Positions 17,205 through 26,107 of a stretch of DNA of 64,000 nucleotides are shown piece by piece; positions within the stretch are counted from its first letter, which is position 1; every line of letters starts with the position of its first letter. The stretch is taken from positions 5,594,471 to 5,658,470 of the forward strand of contig CBDEVO010000003.1 in NCBI GenBank assembly GCA_965243615.1. The letters are read 5' to 3'. A program made the translations under genes and the position numbers. The stretch is from Vicinamibacterales bacterium (lineage in GTDB: Bacteria; Acidobacteriota; Vicinamibacteria; Vicinamibacterales; UBA8438). A model generated the notes under the pieces. That model was not told the DNA's origin and ran no database searches. It was given only the letters and a program-made list of their open reading frames with translations.

Positions 17205-18457
17205 CCGACCTGCTCCGGCGCCACGCCGAACGCGCCGGGTTCGCCCTGGTCGAGGCCGACCTCGCCTTCGACGCCGAGCGCGAGCGCCCTCGACTCGTCC
17301 GCGCCGTCGAGCGCCGGTGCCCGCCGGTTCGCGCCATCCTGGCCGGGCTGCGGCGGCGGCTGCCCGTCGCCCCCCATGCCGGCGAGGGGACGACGGGGCA
17401 GTTCTACCGGCTGCCCGGCCACCACGGGCGCGTCTGTTGCGCCATCCCGGATGTGGGGGGACCGGAACAGCTCTGGGAAGGCGACGTCATCGCCTTCGAG
17501 GGCACCGAGCCGTTGATGGCCGATCTCGACGACTACCTGCGGTGGATGCTGACCACCCCGCCCGGGAACGGCGATCTCCCTATCGGGCTGCACCTCCCGC
17601 TCGTCGCCGACGTCCCGCCCGGCGCGATGCCGCTGGACGTTTGCGACCGGACCCAGCAGATGGCCGCGGCGTTGCACGAACGCCACCTGACCCGCTATGG
17701 CGAGCTGGCGCACGCGCCCGTTCCCCTCGCAGTGCATCGATGCTCGGCCGAGGACACGGCGCGCTACGTAGAGGCCCTGCGCTGGCGTCTTCCGGCTGCA
17801 GCCTTCGAACGCGCCGCGTCGCGCGCGCGCCGGGGATGCGGGGTCTCGGTGTGGTACTACCCCACGGCGCCCATCCGTGTCGATGACCTGCAGCTCCTGG
17901 CCGCCACCGACCCGCAACTGCGGGCGGCGCCGGAAGCCGGTGAGGAGACGGTCGCGGGCTGGTGCCGCCAGTTCGCGCGGTTGCTGCACATGGGGTTCAT
18001 GCCGTTCGCGCCATGGAACGCAGCTCGCGGGTCCTGCGTGGACCCGGCCGGCGCATGCATCGACGGCGGGTTCGCGGACCTCTCGACGCTCGTGCCGTTC
18101 GAGTCGATTCCCGACGACAGGTGGTTTCGGCGCAGCCTGGTCGACAGCATCGGGAAGCTCTCGCGGACGATCGCCGCCTTCACCGGCGCGCTCACCGCCC
18201 GGCCGGCCGCTTCGCGGGACCCGAGCCTCGACTGGTTGAGCCTGACGTTCCTGAGCCCCCGCCTGCTCGATCACCTTGAGCGCGAGGCGCCGGCCGGGGC
18301 CGTGCTCGACTGGCGAATCTCGTCCTGCTTCAGGCTCGACCGCCTCGAGGACCTGGTCGCCGCAACCGTGGGAACTCCGCCGCCGTTCCGGCCCTATCGA
18401 CCCGCCCCGGCCGCCGGCCGGCCGGGAGGCGCCCCTCCGACGAGCACGCGAGAGTGA
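17201..18457 (+). CDS. hypothetical protein, about 418 aa, no recognisable family
   Basis: The composition looks coding (W, Y, F, H, D, E well represented), unlike the shadow frames. The proposed TTG start at 17201 overlaps the upstream stop (TTGA). The start is uncertain and the first in-frame ATG is about 100 codons in. Confidence 0.5.
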   Translation: MTDLLRRHAERAGFALVEADLAFDAERERPRLVRAVERRCPPVRAILAGLRRRLPVAPHAGEGTTGQFYRLPGHHGRVCCAIPDVGGPEQLWEGDVIAFEGTEPLMADLDDYLRWMLTTPPGNGDLPIGLHLPLVADVPPGAMPLDVCDRTQQMAAALHERHLTRYGELAHAPVPLAVHRCSAEDTARYVEALRWRLPAAAFERAASRARRGCGVSVWYYPTAPIRVDDLQLLAATDPQLRAAPEAGEETVAGWCRQFARLLHMGFMPFAPWNAARGSCVDPAGACIDGGFADLSTLVPFESIPDDRWFRRSLVDSIGKLSRTIAAFTGALTARPAASRDPSLDWLSLTFLSPRLLDHLEREAPAGAVLDWRISSCFRLDRLEDLVAATVGTPPPFRPYRPAPAAGRPGGAPPTSTRE

Positions 18458-18544
18458 GGCGGTCGGGCAAGCGACCCCGAAGATTCGTCGACATCGGCGG
18501 GTCGCGGCACCGCGTCCGGCGCTCCATCTCCCCTTCTACCCGTG

Positions 18545-18553
18545 TGATAGGAT
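18545..18553 (+). promoter_or_regulatory. extended -10-like element TGATAGGAT (part of shared 11-mer GTGATAGGATG)
   Basis: It lies 12 nt upstream of the ATG at 18566. The same 11-mer is found upstream of the selenoprotein candidate at 41173..41183. Confidence 0.3.
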
Positions 18554-18565
18554 GGACACGCTCCG

Positions 18566-18730
18566 ATGCAGATCATGGATTTCGTCGCCGCCGTCGGTGC
18601 GGTCGCAGCGCTTCTGGCCGCAGTCTTCGGGTACGTCAACGGACGCGACATCAGAGAGCTAAAGGGACGCGTCGACGAGATCAGCCGCATCTTGACCAAG
18701 CACGTCAGCGCCCCCGGCCTTCATCGATAG
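18566..18730 (+). CDS. small single-TM protein, 54 aa (MQIMDFVAAVGAVAALLAAVFGYVNGRDIRELKGRVDEISRILTKHVSAPGLHR)
   Basis: Hand-translated, and below the track size cutoff. It has one hydrophobic helix followed by an amphipathic charged tail. It ends 29 nt before the TlpA-like gene. Confidence 0.35.
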   Translation: MQIMDFVAAVGAVAALLAAVFGYVNGRDIRELKGRVDEISRILTKHVSAPGLHR

Positions 18731-18759
18731 GGCGATTCTCGCCGCGGGGCCGGCCCGCC

Positions 18760-19485
18760 ATGGCTGCACGCGACACAGAAACCGGACCCGCTTTCCCTCT
18801 CGGTGATTCCCCGGGACCGGGGACCGGACCGGGCGGGCCCCGGCACCGTTCGATCGGCCTCTGGCTGGTCTTGTCCGCGCTCGGCCTGTGGCTCGGCGTG
18901 ATGCTGTTCATGGTGGGGCCGGAGGACCCGGCCGAGGCGCCGGCCGCCGGCTCTCCGGGGCCGGCCGGAGTGGCGCCCGGGCTCGCGGCCGCCCCCGGCG
19001 CTGCCGGCGTGGAGGACACGCCGCGGCGCCGGTCGGCCGAACCGCGCCTGATTCCCGCCTCCCGCCGCGACCCCGCCCCCGGATTCGCCCTGCCGGACAT
19101 GGACGGGGGCACCGCGACGCTGGCCGACTACTCCGGACAGGTCCTGCTGCTGAACTTCTGGGCGACCTGGTGCCTGCCCTGCCGGGCGGAGATGCCCTGG
19201 TTCGTGGACTTCCAGTCGCGGTTCGGGGACGACGGCTTCGCCGTGCTCGGCGTCTCGGTGGACGAGCCGGGGCGGGACATCGTCGGACCCTTCCTCGAGC
19301 GCTCCCCGGTCAACTACCGGATCGTGCTGGCCGACACCGTGGAGCTGCGCGCCCCCTTCGGTCCGAAGAACGTGCTGCCCACCACCTGGCTCATCGACCG
19401 GCAGGGCCGGATTGCGGCCGAGCACGTGGGCCTCGTGAGCCGCGAGGCGATCGAGGCCGAGATTCGGCTGCTGCTGGCCGAGTAG
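18760..19485 (+). CDS. TlpA-family thiol:disulfide oxidoreductase (membrane-anchored redoxin)
   Basis: 241 aa from ATG 18760. It has a TM anchor (LWLVLSALGLWLGVMLFMV) and the thioredoxin fold LLLNFWATWCLPCRAEMP with a CxxC. Confidence 0.85.
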   Translation: MAARDTETGPAFPLGDSPGPGTGPGGPRHRSIGLWLVLSALGLWLGVMLFMVGPEDPAEAPAAGSPGPAGVAPGLAAAPGAAGVEDTPRRRSAEPRLIPASRRDPAPGFALPDMDGGTATLADYSGQVLLLNFWATWCLPCRAEMPWFVDFQSRFGDDGFAVLGVSVDEPGRDIVGPFLERSPVNYRIVLADTVELRAPFGPKNVLPTTWLIDRQGRIAAEHVGLVSREAIEAEIRLLLAE

Positions 19486-19516
19486 CCGGCCGGCCCACCC
19501 CCTACGGCCTGGAACC

Positions 19517-20836
19517 GTGAGCTACCGCATCGTCAACGCCCGCATCGTCAACGAAGGCGCGGTCGTCGAGGGAGACCTGTCGATCGCCGGGGGACGCATC
19601 GCCGGGATCGGCGCGGGCGGCCCCGACGGGGCCGCCGTCATCGACGCCGAGGGCGCCTGGCTGCTGCCGGGCATGATCGACGACCAGGTGCACTTCCGCG
19701 AGCCGGGGCTGGAACACAAGGCCACCATCGCGACCGAATCGCGGGCCGCCGTCGCGGGCGGCGTCACCAGCTACCTGGAGATGCCCAACTGCCGGCCGCA
19801 GACGGTGACGGCCGGGGCGCTGGAGGACAAGCACGCCCGCGCCGCCGCCGGGTCGATGGCGAACTGGGGGTTCTACCTCGGCGCCACCAACGACAACCTC
19901 GAGGCGGTGAAGGCGGTCGACCGGCATCGGGCCTGCGGCGTCAAGGTGTTCATGGGCTCGAGCACGGGCAACATGCTGGTGGACGACGAGCGGACCCTCG
20001 AAGGCATCTTCGCCAACGCCCCTCTGCTCGTGGCCACCCACTGCGAGCACACGCCGACGATTCTCGCGAACGAGGCCCGGGCCCGGGAGAGATACGGAGA
20101 GGAGATACCCTTCAGCGAGCACCCGCGCATTCGCTCGGTCGAGGCCTGCCACCGCTCGTCGAGCCTCGCGGTCGAGCTGGCCCGGCGCCTCGGCACGCGC
20201 CTCCACGTGCTGCACCTCACCACCGCGCGTGAGCTCGCGCTCTTCGAGCCGGGGGACCTCGCCGGCAAGCGGATCACGGCCGAGGCCTGCGTCCACCACC
20301 TGTTCTTCGACGACTCCGCCTATCCGACGCTCGGGGCCCGCGTCAAGTGCAATCCCGCCATCAAGTCCGCGGCCGACCGCGACGCGCTGTGGACCGCGGT
20401 GAACGAGGGCCGCATCGACGTCATCGCCACCGACCACGCGCCCCACACCGTGGAAGAGAAGGCGCGCCCCTACGCCGCCTCCCCCGCCGGCCTGCCGCTC
20501 GTCCAGCACGCCCTGCTCGTCCTGTTCGAGCAGGTTCGCTCGGGCCGGTGCACGGTCGCGAAGGTGGTCGAGAAGACCGCCCACGCCCCGGCGCGCCTGT
20601 TCGACATCCGGGACCGCGGGTTCATCCGGGAGGGGTACTGGGCCGACCTGGTCCTCGTCGACCCGACCGCGGGAAGCCGCGACGAGCCGATCCACGCGAA
20701 GTGCGGATGGAGCCCGTTCAGCGGCTTCCGATTCGGCGCCCGGGTGCGGGCGACCTGGGTGAACGGCGAGTTGCGGTACCGCGATGGCCGGTTTCTCCCC
20801 GGCCCCGGCGGGCGCGCCCTCGAGTACGACCGGTGA
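19517..20836 (+). CDS. pyrC: dihydroorotase (cyclic amidohydrolase superfamily)
   Basis: 439 aa with a GTG start. Motifs PGMIDDQVHFREPG (HxH metal motif), KVFMGSSTG and IATDHAPH. Confidence 0.8.
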   Translation: MSYRIVNARIVNEGAVVEGDLSIAGGRIAGIGAGGPDGAAVIDAEGAWLLPGMIDDQVHFREPGLEHKATIATESRAAVAGGVTSYLEMPNCRPQTVTAGALEDKHARAAAGSMANWGFYLGATNDNLEAVKAVDRHRACGVKVFMGSSTGNMLVDDERTLEGIFANAPLLVATHCEHTPTILANEARARERYGEEIPFSEHPRIRSVEACHRSSSLAVELARRLGTRLHVLHLTTARELALFEPGDLAGKRITAEACVHHLFFDDSAYPTLGARVKCNPAIKSAADRDALWTAVNEGRIDVIATDHAPHTVEEKARPYAASPAGLPLVQHALLVLFEQVRSGRCTVAKVVEKTAHAPARLFDIRDRGFIREGYWADLVLVDPTAGSRDEPIHAKCGWSPFSGFRFGARVRATWVNGELRYRDGRFLPGPGGRALEYDR

Positions 20837-20898
20837 GGGCGGTCGGACGGCCGCCACCACGGCGGGCGGCTCCGCGCGACGACGCGGGACGGCCGCCC

Positions 20899-20941
20899 GG
20901 GCCAGGAGCCTGCGCCGTGGAATGGCGCGGACTCCCGGGCC
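20899..20941. repeat. palindromic intergenic repeat, copy 1 (GGAGCCTGCGCC-GTGGAAT-GGCGCGGACTCC core)
   Basis: The core is 20905..20935. It is near-identical to 46522..46552 and related to 42364..42408. It lies between convergent genes. Confidence 0.6.
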
Positions 20942-20983
20942 GGTCGGGGCACCCGGGCCGAGCCGAAGGCGACGGTCGGCAGG

Positions 20984-21484
20984 CTAGATGCCGTCTTCCA
21001 TGCGGACGACGATGGTGTCGCACAGCCCCTCGAGGGTGCGGTGCTCGTCATCGCCGATCTGCACGGTCAGGCGATACTCGCCACCCTCGAGCTGCATCTC
21101 CATGCCGTCCGAGCCGTCGCCGAAGTGCACCCAGGGATCGGCGGACGGGATGATCTCGCCGGCGGGCAGACAGTCGGTGTCGAGCGCGAGATGGTAGTGC
21201 CCCACGCCCTCCCGCACGGTGTTCACCTCTTCGGGAACGGCGCCGATCTCGAAGTTCTCTATGCCGAACGTGATGCCGAGCGGAATCTCGGTGGCGTGAT
21301 CGGTCTCGTTTATCGGAGCGACGAAGAACACCCGCGGCTCTCCCGACGACTCCTCGGCCGCGGCTTCCTCCATCGGCTCCGCCGCGCTCTCCGGCGCGGC
21401 CTCGTCCGACCCGCCCCCGCACGCCGCCACGCCGACCACGGCGAACGCCGCGACGGCCAGCATCCCCTTCCACCTCAGTGACAT
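20984..21484 (-). CDS. DUF4399-like lipoprotein
   Basis: MSLRWKGMLAVAAFAVVGVAACGGGS is a lipobox. The acidic linker is followed by GVGHYHLALD...HFGDG, typical of DUF4399. The track start at 21505 (GTG) is an alternative. Confidence 0.7.
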   Translation of the reverse strand: MSLRWKGMLAVAAFAVVGVAACGGGSDEAAPESAAEPMEEAAAEESSGEPRVFFVAPINETDHATEIPLGITFGIENFEIGAVPEEVNTVREGVGHYHLALDTDCLPAGEIIPSADPWVHFGDGSDGMEMQLEGGEYRLTVQIGDDEHRTLEGLCDTIVVRMEDGI

Positions 21485-21781
21485 GTCCACCTGCACGCTC
21501 TCCACCTCCCTGTCGATTGAAAGTCCTTTGGGGCGATCTTAACAGCCCGCCGCAAGAACCGTGCTCCACCGCGTCACTGCCGGCGGTCGAGCGGCCGTCG
21601 ACCGTCCCTACCGCCGCCCCCGCGGGAACCCCGTCCAAGGACCCCGGCCACTCCAGGAACCCGTGGCGAGAAACTCCCACCGCGGACCGCCAGCCGTCGG
21701 GCCGACGCGACGACGCTTCCCCCGGCCCGCCAATCGCCGCCCACGACTCCCCGCCGTTTCCACGGCACAGACTACTGGCCA

Positions 21782-22234
21782 TCAACTGGGGCGATAGGCG
21801 AGCACCAGCCCGGCGCCGACGGCAGCCATGACGAGCCCCAGGAAGAAGATCGGCGACGGGAGGTTCTCGGGCGGGTTGTACAGCATGGCTACGAACACGC
21901 TGACGACCGGCGCCCCCGCGAAGACGAGCGGCGGCACCACGGTGGGGCGGCCGCCGTTGACGAGCGCGAACACGATGCCGAGCGCCCCCATGGCGCCGAG
22001 CACCCCGGCCGCGAAGGTGAACCCGGCCCCGCCGGCCGTGAAGAGGTCCCAACTGCCGGCCCGGGCGATCAACGTCCCGGGAATGAGGATGGCGACGAGC
22101 AAGTAGGCCATGCCCACCATCAGGAAGGCGTGCACGCCGCTCCCGCCCAGGGCGACCTGACCCTTGTGCAACGTCGGAATGTAGGTACCCCAGCTCAGGA
22201 CGGTCAGCAACACGAACGGCAACCAGCTACGCAT
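21782..22234 (-). CDS. small integral membrane protein (about 4 TM, 150 aa)
   Basis: Only the C-terminal 150 codons of track ORF 21782..23644 look coding (MRSWLPFVLLTVLSWGTYIPTLHKG...). The upstream part is an Arg/Pro/Gly-rich shadow. Confidence 0.6.
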   Translation of the reverse strand: MRSWLPFVLLTVLSWGTYIPTLHKGQVALGGSGVHAFLMVGMAYLLVAILIPGTLIARAGSWDLFTAGGAGFTFAAGVLGAMGALGIVFALVNGGRPTVVPPLVFAGAPVVSVFVAMLYNPPENLPSPIFFLGLVMAAVGAGLVLAYRPS

Positions 22235-22333
22235 TCGGGAATCTCCTTGTACGGCGGGGCGGACCAGCCTCGGCGTCGGACAAACGTCGTATTCTATATT
22301 GGCCGCCCGCGACGGCGGACCCGGGGAACGCCC

Positions 22334-22843
22334 ATGAAACGACACCCGAGCCTGATCCCCCTGTCGCACGACCATCACGACACCCTGGTCGTCGCGCAGG
22401 GGCTCATCCGGGGACGCCCCATCGCGCCCCGGTCGGACTGGCCGACGGACCGGCGCGCCCAGGGTGACCGTCTGGTGGCCTTCTTCGAGAGCACGCTTCG
22501 GCCTCATTTCGCGGTTGAAGAGGCGGAGGTCTTTCCCCTGGCGGAACGCCTGCTCCCAGACCACGTCGACCTGGTGAAGACGCTGCGGAAGGACCACGAC
22601 GACCTGCGGGCCGAGATTCTCGGCCTGCCCGCCTGCCCCGACGCGGACCTCGCGGTGCGCCTGCCCGCGCTGGGAGCCCGGCTCGAGGCCCACGTCCGGA
22701 GCGAGGAGCGCGTGCTGTTCGAGGCCGTGCAGCAGGCCGCGGCACCGGCCGAGCTGGAGCGGCTCGGCGCGAAGCTCACGCAAGAGCGGCGACGGACCGT
22801 TGCCTGCACGACGCCGGACCGCAGCACTGCCCCGCAGCGTTGA
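22334..22843 (+). CDS. hemerythrin (HHE cation-binding) domain protein
   Basis: 169 aa from ATG 22334. Motifs LSHDHHDTL...HFAVEEAEVFP...DHDDL...LEAHVRSEERVLF, a His/Glu pattern typical of hemerythrin-like domains. Confidence 0.7.
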   Translation: MKRHPSLIPLSHDHHDTLVVAQGLIRGRPIAPRSDWPTDRRAQGDRLVAFFESTLRPHFAVEEAEVFPLAERLLPDHVDLVKTLRKDHDDLRAEILGLPACPDADLAVRLPALGARLEAHVRSEERVLFEAVQQAAAPAELERLGAKLTQERRRTVACTTPDRSTAPQR

Positions 22844-22914
22844 GGCCGCCCCCGCGCGCCGGGCCCCGCACGGCGGCCCGGAAAGAAAGCCGGACCGGTT
22901 GCACGCCGGACCCG

Positions 22915-25548
22915 TCACGCCCCGGGGCCGACGCCCCCGGTGACGATGGGCGCGGCCCGGAACAACAGGTCGGCCGACTGCAGGATCTTGGCACGCAGGC
23001 GGGGCGGATAGCCGAGGTCGAGCCCGTCGAGGAACCGGCGAACGACGTCGGCGGCAGCGCCGGAGTTGTGCCCGCCGAGGGTGGCGCCGAGCCAGCCCGC
23101 GGGAAAGAAGATGTCGCCGGTGCGCTGGACCTCGACCAGCAGATCGAGGGCAGGACCGATGAAGCGCCGGGAATGCTCGGCCCTCAGCGGGTGGTGCAGA
23201 TAGCCCAGCCCCGCCAGCACCCACGGCTCGCGCTCCCGGTTCGCGGCCTCGCGCAGGCCGGCGAAGAACCGCTCCCGTACCGCCGGGTCCGGGGAGAGCG
23301 CGGGCCGGAGGAACTCGAACCGGGCGAGCCGGTCCGGGTTCTCGATGCGGGCCGCCTGCAGGGCAATTATCTCCTCCGTTCCCGCCGCCCCGCGAACCGC
23401 GAGGGCGGCGGCAAGGGCGGTGAAGTCCCGCTCGGCGAGGATCACGCCCGGCACCGTCTCCTCCTCCGCCCAGATGCGCCGCAGCCGCGCCACGCCGTCG
23501 GGGGTCCGGACCAGACCGTGCCACGCGCGGAAGTAGGCGGCCTTGCGCGTGGACGCGGCGCCGCCCGTCACGCCGGCCCACAGGATCGCTTCGACCCGCG
23601 GAGCCGCCGCCAGGCGCGCGGCATCGCTCATGAGCGACCAGCACGTGGTCGAGAGGTAGCCGAGCAGCCGCTGGGCGTTCTGCTCGACGGACTCGGACTC
23701 AAGGCCGCGCAGCAGCAGCTCGAACCAGTCCGCGACGGGGACCTCTCCCTCCAGCACCGCGTCCCACAACGTGCCCCAGGCGATGCCGCGGGTCAGCGGG
23801 TCGGCGATATCCGGGAGCGCGGTCATCAGGAACCCGGCGCTGGCCTCGTCGAGCCGGAAGCGGCCGTACTCCACCCCGCTCGCGTTCGGCAGCACGAAGC
23901 GGGGCGCCGGCCGCTCCAGGTCGACCGACGCGGCGCCGCCGGAGAGCAGCAGGGGCATCCGCGCCTCGGCGTCGCCGTAGTCCAGCAACAGCTCGATCCG
24001 CTGCGGCCAGAGGCGCGAGCGGCCGGCCGGATCCGACTGCGCCAACGTGAGCCGGCCGCCCGGGGCGCCGTCTCCCGAGTCGCGGCGCACGGTGACGGTC
24101 GGGCGGCCGGGCTCTTCCACCCACACCGCGCTCCAGGACCGCAGATCGGTCTCGGTGCGCCGATCGAGGATGTCGATGAGCTCCGGCCATGTCGCGTTGC
24201 CGTACGCGAACGTCCGCAGGTACTCGCGCAGACCGTCGCGAAATCGCTCCTCGCCCACCAGGCGCTCCAGGTGGCGCATCACGATCGGCGCCTTCTGGTA
24301 GATGATCGGCCCGTAGAGCGCCCCCGCCTCCTTCAGGTTCTCCAGCGGCTGCCGAATGGGATTGGCCCCGGCGGTACGGTCGATCCCGTAGGCGGCCTGG
24401 TGATGCGCGAGGAAGAACCGGAGGTCGTGGTCCACCTCGGGGAACGAGGGGTGAACGATCTTGGCGGCGAGGAAGTTCGCGAACACCTCCTTCGTCCAGA
24501 CGTCGTCGAACCAGTTCATGGTGACGAGGTCGCCGAACCACATGTGAGCGGTCTCGTGGGCGATCAGGCTGGCCCGGCCCAGGTACGCGGCCTGGGTCGC
24601 CGACTCGTCCAGCATGAGGCTCGACGCGCGGTAGAAGATCGAGCCGGGATGCTCCATCCCCCCGTACTGGAAGGGCGGGACGAGCACGAAGTCGAACTTG
24701 CCGAACGGATAGGGAATACCCGTGTAGTCCTCGAGCCAGTCGAGGGCGGCGGCGTGCAGGTCGAAGATGGCGTCCCGGTTGCGCGTCACCTTCACGGCGT
24801 CCGTCTCGCGATGGAACATCCGCATCCTGCGGCCCGCCCGCTCCGCCGTCTCGACCTGGAAGCGGCCGGCCGCGAACGCGAACAGGTACGTCGGAATCGG
24901 CTCGGTCTCGGCGAAGCGCCACGAGACCGGCCCGTCCGCGCCCGCTCCGTCCGGCGCGTCGACGGTCGCTCCGTTGGCCACCGCGACCCACCCGGCCGGC
25001 GCCTCCAGGGTCAGCTCGAAGCGTGCCTTCAGGTTCGGCTGGTCGAAGAGGGGCAGCGAGAAGTGGGCCCGGTCGGGCACGAAGAGCGTGTAGAGAAAGT
25101 CGTCGTTCCGGTTGAGGGCCTCGTCGCCCGCCTCGAAGTCCAGCTCGACGCGGTTCTCGGCGTGGGGACGCAGGGCGGCGGCGGGAACGACGACGTGGTC
25201 GTGCCGCGGCGTCCAGCCGACGGCCGCGCCGTTGGCCCGCACGGCCGTGACCCGCCGGGACGGGTCCCTGAAGTCCAGCACCAGATCGCGGCCATCGGGA
25301 TCGGACCACGTGAAGGCAATCTCCACCGCGCCCGCGACGGGCCGGCTCCGCTCGCGGGGGACCCGCAGGTCGTAGCGGTAGCGCAGATCGGACAGCGTCG
25401 CGGCCCGATGCTCGGCCAGGGCCCAGGACACGCCCTCGTCGATCTCGATCGGCGGCATCGCCTGCCCCCCGGACACGCCGCGCACGGCGCACAGCCCCAA
25501 CGCCGCCGCGACCGCGAAACACCGGGCCGCACGCTTCGATGGCATCAT
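22915..25548 (-). CDS. M1-family zinc aminopeptidase (aminopeptidase N-like)
   Basis: 877 aa from ATG 25548 (MMPSKRAARCFAVAAALGLCAV signal). It has a GGMEHPG exopeptidase motif and HETAHMWFGDLVTMNWFDDVWTKE (HExxH-x18-E). Confidence 0.9.
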   Translation of the reverse strand: MMPSKRAARCFAVAAALGLCAVRGVSGGQAMPPIEIDEGVSWALAEHRAATLSDLRYRYDLRVPRERSRPVAGAVEIAFTWSDPDGRDLVLDFRDPSRRVTAVRANGAAVGWTPRHDHVVVPAAALRPHAENRVELDFEAGDEALNRNDDFLYTLFVPDRAHFSLPLFDQPNLKARFELTLEAPAGWVAVANGATVDAPDGAGADGPVSWRFAETEPIPTYLFAFAAGRFQVETAERAGRRMRMFHRETDAVKVTRNRDAIFDLHAAALDWLEDYTGIPYPFGKFDFVLVPPFQYGGMEHPGSIFYRASSLMLDESATQAAYLGRASLIAHETAHMWFGDLVTMNWFDDVWTKEVFANFLAAKIVHPSFPEVDHDLRFFLAHHQAAYGIDRTAGANPIRQPLENLKEAGALYGPIIYQKAPIVMRHLERLVGEERFRDGLREYLRTFAYGNATWPELIDILDRRTETDLRSWSAVWVEEPGRPTVTVRRDSGDGAPGGRLTLAQSDPAGRSRLWPQRIELLLDYGDAEARMPLLLSGGAASVDLERPAPRFVLPNASGVEYGRFRLDEASAGFLMTALPDIADPLTRGIAWGTLWDAVLEGEVPVADWFELLLRGLESESVEQNAQRLLGYLSTTCWSLMSDAARLAAAPRVEAILWAGVTGGAASTRKAAYFRAWHGLVRTPDGVARLRRIWAEEETVPGVILAERDFTALAAALAVRGAAGTEEIIALQAARIENPDRLARFEFLRPALSPDPAVRERFFAGLREAANREREPWVLAGLGYLHHPLRAEHSRRFIGPALDLLVEVQRTGDIFFPAGWLGATLGGHNSGAAADVVRRFLDGLDLGYPPRLRAKILQSADLLFRAAPIVTGGVGPGA

Positions 25549-25610
25549 CCCCGTTCTCCGGACTCGACGCTTCCCGGCCGCCGTGGCCGCTTCCCTTCGC
25601 GACCCGCGGG

Positions 25611-26072
25611 TCAGAACTCCACTGCGCAGTCGCCGACGTACTGCTCCGGCCGCGAGGTGAAGCCGACGAGCCGGGTGTCGGTGTACTCGTGTCGGGTGTG
25701 CACCGCCATCCGCCGCCCGTCCGCCGTCTCGCGGTCGATCACCGTCGTCGTGTACAGCGGCCCCACCGTGAACATCTGGACGAGATGGAGGTAGTCGCCG
25801 GTCTGTCGCACGATGATGTGCGAGGCGCCGTAGGGGCCGACGATCGCGGCGGTGGCGCCGTCGGCGTCGATCTCCTCGAAGCGCAGCGACAGCGTCGAGG
25901 GCTCGACGCTCGCGTCGGCCCCACCGTCGGACCAGTCCGCGGTGGCGATGACCGTGAAGGAGCAGTCGAGGGCGGTGGTGTCGTACAGGTCCTGCGCGAA
26001 GGCGCCCGGCGACGCGGCGAGGGCGGCAACGAGCAGCGCGGCGGCGGTCGCGCCGGGTCTGATGCGCGGCAT
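25611..26072 (-). CDS. secreted hypothetical protein
   Basis: 153 aa. It has the signal peptide MPRIRPGATAAALLVAALAASPGAFAQD and plausible composition. No family recognised. Confidence 0.5.
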   Translation of the reverse strand: MPRIRPGATAAALLVAALAASPGAFAQDLYDTTALDCSFTVIATADWSDGGADASVEPSTLSLRFEEIDADGATAAIVGPYGASHIIVRQTGDYLHLVQMFTVGPLYTTTVIDRETADGRRMAVHTRHEYTDTRLVGFTSRPEQYVGDCAVEF

Positions 26073-26107
26073 GGGTCCTCCCGTTGGGGTAAACTTCGGG
26101 CAATTCT

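Noticed and set aside
22840-25794. 984-aa + strand ORF
   Set aside because: It is antisense to the M1 aminopeptidase (HExxH, GxMEN-like motifs), and its composition is junk-like.
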